Assembly (NCBI GenBank): GCA_038997165.1
Contig: JAWBAK010000002.1
Span: 3,083 to 67,082, forward strand
Direction of reading: 5' to 3'
DNA from: Candidatus Aenigmatarchaeota archaeon
Lineage (GTDB): Archaea; Aenigmatarchaeota; Aenigmatarchaeia; CG10238-14; SpSt-28
DNA: 64,000 nucleotides
The notes beneath the pieces were generated by a model. It was given only the letters and a program-made list of their open reading frames with translations. It searched no databases and was not told the DNA's origin. Of this stretch, positions 10,046 to 18,000 are shown piece after piece. Positions within the stretch are counted from its first letter, which is position 1. Each line of letters opens with the position of its first letter. Made by a program: the position numbers and the translations under genes.

Positions 10046-10082
10046 GTCTTAGGCGATTTGTATTATTTTACTCGCCTAAGAC
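10046..10082 (-). promoter_or_regulatory. perfect 11-bp GC-rich hairpin (gtcttaggcga-15nt loop-tcgcctaagac) abutting the start codon of 9518-10045
   Basis: Inverted repeat read directly. On the minus-strand transcript it sits after a U-rich tract and 1 nt before the AUG. Confidence 0.4.
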
Positions 10083-10128
10083 AAAAATAAAAAAGATAAG
10101 AGGAGAGCATAGTCATACTATATTACTT

Positions 10129-10767
10129 TTATGCTGGTAATACTGTTACTGTTAATGTATATGCATCTGGCTTTGTTGCTGGATTCCAAACTACTTCTAA
10201 TTTAAAGTTTACTTGATTATTGTTTGGATTCAAAGTTATACCACTTATTGTTATCTTTTTGCTATCTTCGTCAGCGCTGATGGAATAACTATTACAACTA
10301 CTTGAACCTGGTGATGTTATTGTACAAGTTGTACCACCTATAGTTACATGATATTCTTTTATTTCCGTAAATAATCCCGTAAATCCATTATTTTCACTAC
10401 TATCAAGAGCAATTTCTACATTAACATCAGCCGAACCTTGATTTCCTTTGTATTTTATTGTAAATGAAGTTACTTCAGTTTTATCTCCTGCTGTTGCTGT
10501 TAGACTAACTTGATAAGGATTTTGGTAACCATACTCTTGATTATTGCTATCTACTATTACTACTCCTTGCTTTACTTCTATTGTTGCTACTGCTGATGCA
10601 TAGTATTCTAGAAGTCCTGCTATTGATAGTGCTGCTAGACCAAAGATTGCTAAAAATATTGCTAAAACTTTTATAGCTGCTTTGTTTGCGTTTGATCTTT
10701 TTGACATGAATATAATAGGAAAGAAAGTATTTAAAGCTTTCGTTAGTGCAAATTTCAATAAGTGCAT
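10129..10767 (-). CDS. secreted beta-rich protein with N-terminal hydrophobic anchor (paralog of 9518-10045)
   Basis: 'KAAIKVLAIFLAIFGLAALSIAGLLEYYASA', then a Thr/Ser/Gly-rich beta-like domain. Confidence 0.4.
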   Translation of the reverse strand: MHLLKFALTKALNTFFPIIFMSKRSNANKAAIKVLAIFLAIFGLAALSIAGLLEYYASAVATIEVKQGVVIVDSNNQEYGYQNPYQVSLTATAGDKTEVTSFTIKYKGNQGSADVNVEIALDSSENNGFTGLFTEIKEYHVTIGGTTCTITSPGSSSCNSYSISADEDSKKITISGITLNPNNNQVNFKLEVVWNPATKPDAYTLTVTVLPA

Positions 10768-10788
10768 AAAACTTAAAAAAATCCTTTT

Positions 10789-12240
10789 TTAAGCCAAAAT
10801 TTTTGGGATTTCTTCAATTTTTACTCTAATTTGCTCTTTTGTATTTCTATTTCTAATTGTAACAGTATTATCTTGCAAAGTTTGATAATCTATAGTAATG
10901 CAATAAGGAATTCCAATTTCATCCGCTCTTGCATATAATTTTCCAATAGAATCGCTAACATCAAAAATTACATCATCTTCAAAATATTTCTTCAAAAATT
11001 CATAAACTTCTCTAGCTTTTTTAATAATTTCTTCTTTATTCCTAACTAATGGAAAAACAGCAATTAAGTAAGGAGCTATTTCTTTTGGAAAATCAAACCA
11101 TAACCAATCTCTATCTTCTCTTAGCTTTTCAAAAAATATTGCCAAAATTATTCTATCTATTCCAAAAGAAGGTTCGACAACATGTGGAATAATTCCTTCA
11201 AAACTTAAATTTTCTTTACTATGTTTCATATGTGTAGATAAATCATAATCTGTTCTATATGCGTTTCCGACAATTTCTTTCCAACCTATTTCATCAAAAT
11301 AATATTCTAAATCGAAATTTCCAGCGGAATAGAATGGGGTTTCTTCTTCTAAAACATGTCTAAATCTTAATTTTTCTTTAGGAAAATTTAAAATTTCTGT
11401 AAAGAAAATAAACTCCTTAGCTAAAAAATATGCTTGCCATTTTGACTTTACAATATTTTTTTCTATTAATTCTTTTATCGAAAAAAATTCAACTTTATCT
11501 TCTTTTTTTCTTTGTGCTTCTCTAGTTAATATCGGAATTTTTATATCTAAATATTTTTCTATTGGACATTTTTCATCGCTAGGATTAAAAAATAATTCAA
11601 TTTCTGCTTGAGTAAAGCTTCTCATTCTTATTAAAAATTGTCTTGGAGAAATTTCATTTCTAAAAGAATAACCTATTTGTATTATTGCAAAAGGCAATTT
11701 TTTTCTATAGGCTTTTGCAATTCTTTTAAAATCAACAAAAATATTTTGTGCAGTTTCTGGCCTTAAATAAGCATCTATAGCATCTAAACTTCCTATAAAA
11801 GTTTTTAACATTAAATTGAATTCTTTTACATCTTCTAACTCTCCATTACATTCTAAACATCTTATATTATTTTTCTTTATTATTTCATTTAATTCTTCAA
11901 TACTTTTTCCCTCTACAAAAATTCCTAAAACTTCTTCTATTAAATTATCTGCTCTATATATTTTTTTACATTTTTTACATCTAGTAATAGGATCGCTAAA
12001 TCTTTCTAAATGTCCACTGGCTTCAAAAACTTTTCTTGGCAATACTATATTTCCTTCAATTTCAACAAAATTTTCTTCTTTAAAAAACTTTTTCCAAATT
12101 TTTATTAATTTTTGCTTAATTCTTAAACCTATTTCTCCATAATCAAAAAATCCAGATAATGAACCATAAATTTCTGCTGTAGGAAAAATAATTCCTCTTT
12201 TTAAGCATAGATTATATATTTTATCTAATTTACTTTCCAT
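10789..12240 (-). CDS. glyS: glycyl-tRNA synthetase (archaeal/eukaryal-type class II)
   Basis: 'LCLKRGIIFPTAEIYGSLSGFFDYGEIGLRIKQKL' N-terminus and class II motifs (FRNEISPRQFLIRMRSFTQAEIE, GIDRIILAI). Confidence 0.85.
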   Translation of the reverse strand: MESKLDKIYNLCLKRGIIFPTAEIYGSLSGFFDYGEIGLRIKQKLIKIWKKFFKEENFVEIEGNIVLPRKVFEASGHLERFSDPITRCKKCKKIYRADNLIEEVLGIFVEGKSIEELNEIIKKNNIRCLECNGELEDVKEFNLMLKTFIGSLDAIDAYLRPETAQNIFVDFKRIAKAYRKKLPFAIIQIGYSFRNEISPRQFLIRMRSFTQAEIELFFNPSDEKCPIEKYLDIKIPILTREAQRKKEDKVEFFSIKELIEKNIVKSKWQAYFLAKEFIFFTEILNFPKEKLRFRHVLEEETPFYSAGNFDLEYYFDEIGWKEIVGNAYRTDYDLSTHMKHSKENLSFEGIIPHVVEPSFGIDRIILAIFFEKLREDRDWLWFDFPKEIAPYLIAVFPLVRNKEEIIKKAREVYEFLKKYFEDDVIFDVSDSIGKLYARADEIGIPYCITIDYQTLQDNTVTIRNRNTKEQIRVKIEEIPKILA

Positions 12241-12247
12241 AAGTTTT

Positions 12248-13222
12248 TTACTCTACAATTTTATATTCTTCAATATTTTTCGAAATTTCTTTTATAGTTT
12301 TTATAGTATCTTCAAATTCTTTTAAATTAATATCAAAAAATTCTTTACTCGTTTCTATTTCGTTTATTTTTTCTTCAATTTTAGAAATTTTCTCTTTTAA
12401 TTGATTAATTTGCTCTTTTAATAAACTCATTTCATTATTTATCTTTTCTTCAATAATTTTTTTAATATCTGAAAGATTTTCTTCTTTAGTTGTAAATTTT
12501 TTGGCTTCTTTTCTTATTGATTCTAAAGAGTTTATTATTAGTTCTATTTTCATAGAATTTTCTTTAATAAAGCTATTAATTTTGCTATTCATTTCATTTA
12601 TTCTTTTTTCAAGATTTTCTTTTATTTGGTTAATAGTGTTTTCAAACAAATATAAATTCTGAATTCTATTGCTTACATTTTCTTCCAAAGCTTTGATTTC
12701 GCTTTTCAAATTTTCTATCGACTTTTCCAAAACATTCGTTTTTTCAAAATTTTCTTGCGCTATAGCATCGATTCTTTTGTTTAATTGTTCAGACAAAGCT
12801 TCAAACGAATGAATTCTATTGCTTACATTTTCTTCCAAAGCTTTGATTTCGCTTTTCAAATTTTCTATCGACTTTTCCAAAACATTCGTTTTTTCAAAAT
12901 TTTCTTTTAAATTTTTTAAATCTTCGGAAATTTTCTGTAAATTGTTTATGTATTCGCCACTTTTCGAAATATTAGCTTGAATATTTTCTAAAAATTTAAC
13001 ATTATTTTTTAAATTAATCAATTCCATTAGAAGAATATTTAGCGAATCTTCAATATTTTCGGCCTTTTCTTCAAAATTTTTTATTTTTTCCAATCTTTTT
13101 TCAATTTCTACTATTTCCTTTTTTATTACATTTATATCTTCGAAAAACTCTTTTGGCAAATTTTTAATATAAAGTGCCAATTTTTCGTAATCTAAATTTT
13201 TAGCTATTTCTTTAATTTCCAT
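12248..13222 (-). CDS. coiled-coil protein with internal duplicated segment, hypothetical
   Basis: Heptad-rich K/E/N sequence. 'FEKTNVLEKSIENLKSEIKALEENVSNRI' occurs twice. Confidence 0.45.
   Translation of the reverse strand: MEIKEIAKNLDYEKLALYIKNLPKEFFEDINVIKKEIVEIEKRLEKIKNFEEKAENIEDSLNILLMELINLKNNVKFLENIQANISKSGEYINNLQKISEDLKNLKENFEKTNVLEKSIENLKSEIKALEENVSNRIHSFEALSEQLNKRIDAIAQENFEKTNVLEKSIENLKSEIKALEENVSNRIQNLYLFENTINQIKENLEKRINEMNSKINSFIKENSMKIELIINSLESIRKEAKKFTTKEENLSDIKKIIEEKINNEMSLLKEQINQLKEKISKIEEKINEIETSKEFFDINLKEFEDTIKTIKEISKNIEEYKIVE
12664..12910. repeat. 97-bp perfectly identical direct repeat, two copies 150 bp apart (12664-12760 and 12814-12910) inside the coiled-coil gene
   Basis: Identical strings 'gaattctattgcttacattttcttccaaagctttgatttcgcttttcaaattttctatcgacttttccaaaacattcgttttttcaaaattttctt' read twice. 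Confidence 0.8.
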
Positions 13223-13251
13223 AAAAATAATTAATTATCATTTAATTATTA

Positions 13252-13998
13252 ATGAGAAAAATTGGGGATCCAAAAGAAAATGAATTAGTAATTTGTATAC
13301 CAAAGGATATATCTCCATATTCAATTACATGTAATATATTAGAATATCCAGAATACACAGGAATAATTAATATTAACGAAGTATACGTAAGATGGATTGA
13401 AGATATTAGAGAATATGTAAAAATAAATAAAACATATGTAGCAAAAGTTTTACAAGTCGATAAAAACAAAAAAATTGTAACTTTAAGTTTAAAAAGAGTT
13501 AAAGAAGAAGAGGAAAAGAAAAAGAGAGAGGAATTAAGATTAGAAAATAGATATGAAAAAATTTTAGAATTATCAGCTAAAAAATTGGGAAAAACATTAG
13601 AAGATGCATATAAAGAATTTGGATATGAAATTCTTAAAAATTTTGATAGCTTATCTAACTTTTTTATAAATCATAAAGATAAAATAGAAAAATTTATTCC
13701 AAAAGAATGGATAGAAGTTATAAAAGAATTATTAGAAAAAAAAGAGGAAAAAGTTTATGAAATTTCTTATATTGTAAAAGCTTCGACTTTTAAAACAAAT
13801 GGTTTAGAAATTATTAAAAATTATTTTCTAAATTTCGAAAATAAAAATATAGAAGTAAAATATTTGGGCTCTGGAAAATATTTAGTTAGAAAGATTTCTA
13901 AAAATCCAAAAAAAGATGAAAAAGAATTAATAAAATTAATCGAAGAGGGAAAAAATTTTTTCGAAGTTTTTGAATATAAAAAACATGAAAAAGATTAA
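13252..13998 (+). CDS. eif2a: translation initiation factor 2 alpha subunit (aIF2-alpha)
   Basis: S1-like N-domain ('INEVYVRWIEDIREYVKINKTYVAKVLQVDKNKKIVTLSLKRV') and 'LSAKKLGKTLEDAYKEFGYEIL' resemble aIF2-alpha. It is followed by nop10 as in the conserved archaeal cluster. Confidence 0.6.
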   Translation: MRKIGDPKENELVICIPKDISPYSITCNILEYPEYTGIININEVYVRWIEDIREYVKINKTYVAKVLQVDKNKKIVTLSLKRVKEEEEKKKREELRLENRYEKILELSAKKLGKTLEDAYKEFGYEILKNFDSLSNFFINHKDKIEKFIPKEWIEVIKELLEKKEEKVYEISYIVKASTFKTNGLEIIKNYFLNFENKNIEVKYLGSGKYLVRKISKNPKKDEKELIKLIEEGKNFFEVFEYKKHEKD

Positions 13999-14146
13999 GA
14001 AATGCATAAATTGCAAAATATATACAATGCAAGACATTTGTCCAAAATGTAAAAATCAAACAAAAATTGCTCATCCACCAAATTTCAAATTTGTAAAGTA
14101 TCTTAAATATATTCAAGCAACAAATAATTATGGCAATAATAATTAA
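13985..14146 (+). CDS. nop10: H/ACA RNP protein Nop10 (53 aa, below ORF-track cutoff)
   Basis: Hand translation gives 'MKKIKKCINCKIYTMQDICPKCKNQTKIAHPPNFKFVKYLKY...'. It has a CxxC...CxxC zinc ribbon plus the 'AHPP(R/N)F' Nop10 signature. It overlaps the aIF2-alpha stop and the next gene start. Confidence 0.55.
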   Translation: MKKIKKCINCKIYTMQDICPKCKNQTKIAHPPNFKFVKYLKYIQATNNYGNNN

Positions 14147-14897
14147 GGAATTCAAAAAAATAAAAACAAAGAATGGAATTTTTATTGAAGGAATGCCAGG
14201 AGTTGGAAATGTTGGATTAATAGCAGCTAGTTATTTAGTAGAGCAATTAAAGCCAGAAGTTTTTGCAGAATTACATACTGGCTATTTTGGACATGCAGTA
14301 TTAATAAAACCAAATGCCGAAATTCAACTTTTAAAAGGAACATTTTATTATTATAAAAATCGAGGAAAGGAAATTGTTTTTTATATTGGTGATCAACAAG
14401 CTATTTCTCCAGAAAAGACATTTGATTTGGTAAATAAAATATTGTCATATCTTAAAAAAATTGGAATAAAAACTGTAATAACTTTGGGCGGAATTCAAAA
14501 AGGATATCCAACAAAACAAAGAAAAGTTTACGGAGCTGTTAGCGAAGAAAAAGTTAAAGAAAAATTTAAAAATTTAAAAATTGATTTTGATAATGTAAGT
14601 AAAGATGTTGGAAGCATTATTGGGGCTGTTGGAATGCTAACAGGTTACGCAAAATATTATGGATTAGAAGGTTTATGTTTATTATCAGAAAGTTTTTCAA
14701 CACCTTTTGTACCAGATCATAAAGGGGCAAAGGCGCTATTAGAAGTATTAGAAAAGATATTAGAAATAGAAATTGATTACTCTAGAATTAATAAAAAAAT
14801 TAAAGAGCAAGAATCTATAGAGGAAAAATTATCTAAAGTTCCAATATCTCAACCAAAAGAAGAAGTTGAAGAGAAAAAGTTATCATATTTAGGTTAA
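14130..14897 (+). CDS. proteasome assembly chaperone (PAC2/PbaB-like, COG1938) family protein
   Basis: 'IFIEGMPGVGNVGLIAASYLVEQL' matches the PAC2-family N-terminal signature. Its position after aIF2-alpha and Nop10 follows the conserved archaeal neighbourhood. Confidence 0.55.
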   Translation: MAIIIKEFKKIKTKNGIFIEGMPGVGNVGLIAASYLVEQLKPEVFAELHTGYFGHAVLIKPNAEIQLLKGTFYYYKNRGKEIVFYIGDQQAISPEKTFDLVNKILSYLKKIGIKTVITLGGIQKGYPTKQRKVYGAVSEEKVKEKFKNLKIDFDNVSKDVGSIIGAVGMLTGYAKYYGLEGLCLLSESFSTPFVPDHKGAKALLEVLEKILEIEIDYSRINKKIKEQESIEEKLSKVPISQPKEEVEEKKLSYLG

Positions 14898-14955
14898 TCA
14901 GAACTTGAGTGAGTTATCATTAAATCAATGGATTAGATATTCATCATCATAATAT
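14895..14955 (-). ncRNA. candidate C/D box sRNA (2'-O-methylation guide)
   Basis: The minus strand reads 'gATGATGA-atatctaatcc-aTTGA-ttta-ATGATAA-ctcactcaagtt-CTGA'. C, D', C' and D boxes are present with 11-12 nt guides. The D' guide is complementary to 'GGAUUAGAUAU', close to the universal 16S 'GGAUUAGAUAC' region. The surrounding region is locally GC-richer and noncoding. Confidence 0.45.
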
Positions 14956-15066
14956 ATTTTTGCCCTCTCAGCACTTAAGGGTTATTTCATTTTTCTTTCT
15001 GCCCATCATACATCATTGAGTTTGGCATAATATCAAATTATTTTATATTTAAAAAAACAATAATTT

Positions 15067-18000
15067 ATGATAAATAAAAGAATTTCTTTCGCGCTAATTT
15101 TCTTTCTAACTTTTTTATTTATAGAATTATCTTTCTCTAATTCTGCATATTTAATTCAAAAAGAAAAATTAGACGAAATATTAAAAAATAATAATTTTAT
15201 AATCTTATCTAAAATAAAATGTTATTTCGATAAAATATGTGCTTTAGATAAACCAATTAAAGGTTTTGAAAGTTATTTTTTTGAAGATAAGAAAATATTT
15301 AAAATTCATAGATTAGAGAGTTTATCAATTATAGATGCATATAGAGTTTGGAATACTAGTTTTGAAAATTTAAATTTAACTGGAAATAGTGTAAAAATTG
15401 CCATTTTAGATACTGGTATAGATATTTATCATCAAGATTTAAATTATTCTCTAGATAGTTGGAAATGTTTTTATTCTATTAACGAAAATGTTATAGAAAA
15501 TGATTGGAGCTATTGTAACGATGATAATGGTCATGGAACTCATGTAGCTGGAATAATTGCAGCTAGATATTTAGGAAATATTTCAAAGTGCTTTGAAGGA
15601 TATCCATGCGGAATAGCACCCAACGCAACATTATTTATTGCAAAAGTTTTTGATTCTAATGGATATGCATATTTAATAGATATACTAAATGCTTTAGAAT
15701 GGGCAGTTAATAATAGTGTAGATATTGTTTCTATGAGTTTTGGTATAGACTTATCGAGTTTTGGATTAAATTCATGCTATCCTCTTGGAAATTCTAGTTT
15801 AGAAAAAGCAATATATCTTTTTAATAGCTTATTAGATGAAATTTCTATTAAATACAATATAATTTTTGTAGCTTCCATAGGCAATAATCCTAATTCAATA
15901 TCTTCACCAGCATGCGCGAAAAATGTAATTGGAGTAGGTGCTATTAATAAAAATAAAAATATAGCATATTTTAGTTCAAGAGGTCCTATAGATAATAGAA
16001 TTAAACCAGATATAGTTGCTCCAGGCGTAAATATAAATTCTACCTTTCCAATAAATTCATATAAATCATTGAGTGGAACTTCAATGTCAACACCTTTTGT
16101 AAGCGGTGCTTTAGCTATTTTGATAGAAGCATTAAGAGAGAATAATATTTCTTATTCTTCTCAAGAATTAAAAGCAATTCTTTTAACTTCTCCAAACGAA
16201 GAATTTAGAAATAATATTTTTGGAAGTGGAGTTTTAAATGTTACTGAATTAATAAGAATTAGAAATAATTTTTTAACATTAAATATTGAAAAAAACGAAA
16301 CTTTAAGATTTAAAGTAAATAAAACAGATAATTATCCTTTCAAATTTACTATTTATAGGCATGAAAGATTTGAAGATTTAAATTTAGTTAGAGTAAGAAT
16401 AATTAAAGATAATAATGTAATTTTTGAAAGCGAAACCTTCGATAATGTCTTTCAATATAAAAATAATAGCTTAAGTGGAGAATTTTATATAGATGTAGAT
16501 ATTAAGATAATCAATAAAAGCAATACCAGCAATAAACAATTAAATCTTTTTACTTTTACATTTTCTCATAAAGTTTTAAATTTAACTGAATATCTTGAAG
16601 AAAATTTAAATAATTCTGTAGTATCGATGCTCAATGTTATTATTGATTCTCCAATAGAATTAAAATTAAATTTAGCAAATAGAACAATTAGAATTTTTAT
16701 TAGAGATTTTTCTGGTAATCCTATAGTAGCAGATAAAATAAATATTACTATATTAAATATTTCAGATAAAATTGTAAATACAACAGCTTATTTCAATAAA
16801 TCCGAAATTAATTTTACACTTCCGCCTAATCTAAATGAAAATTATTATAAACTTTATGTTATTGCTGAAAAAGAAAAAAGATTTGGAATTGCATATATTA
16901 ATTTTACTTATTTCTCATTCGAATTTTTAAGTCCTAGGGAAATTTTAAAGGTAATGAATGGAGATATTTTAAATATAACATTAAGATTTAATTATACAAA
17001 TATAAGTGTTTCACAAGCTTATTTGTATCTTGAAAATAATACAAATAAAAATATTTCTCTTAATTTTTCAAAAGAAAATTCAATTATAAGTAATATAACA
17101 TTAATTAATTTAGAGGAAGCAGGTAAATATTATTTATTCTTAAATATTTCTTTAGATGAAAATAACGGTGAATACTTTATTTTAAATCTTCCATTAATAG
17201 AATTTTCGCCAATATTTGATTATAATATTTCTTATCTTAAAAATTTGTTTGCAGATAAAGAGTATGTCTTTAATGTTTCGATCTTTCATATTAACGGAAC
17301 GAAACTTCAAATTAATAAAACTTTATGCATAGAAAATTCTACAACAAAAATATTTTGTAATTCTACAATTGATGATAGTGTTAGAATTCTTACAAACGTA
17401 TCTTTTGAGGGATTTTATAATCTTACTATAAATGTATTACACAACTCTAACTATTTAAATAAAAGTTTTCCAATAAAAATTGAATTTGAGCCAAATATTT
17501 TAATAATTGAGTTAGAAAAATCAACATTTACTATTTTTGAGCGACTAAATTTATCAGCAAGATTAATAAATTCTACAAAAAATTCTGAATGTACTTTTTG
17601 CAAAATATTTGTAAACATGACAGATAGCGAAGGAAGAGTAATATTCTTAAATAAGGAGTTAGAAGAGATTAAAAACATAAAAATTCCTAAAGACTTTAAA
17701 AAAGGAGTATATAATTTAACTCTTTTTTCAAAAATAAATCCAATTATTATAAATACAACTCAAATAAACGTAGAAACTTTAGATATTTCAACTAATGTTT
17801 CAGAAATGATATTTCCTAACTATCACAATGTTACAATAAATATCTCTATAAGTGAAAATGCAAATGTTAGTATAAATATAACTAAATATAATGTTAGTGG
17901 AATATTTCAAATAGTTTTAGATCCTTCGAATATAATTGATGGTTGTACTCCTGAAATAAATTCAGAAGGAATTTTGTGGTGTAATCAAACTAATAATATT

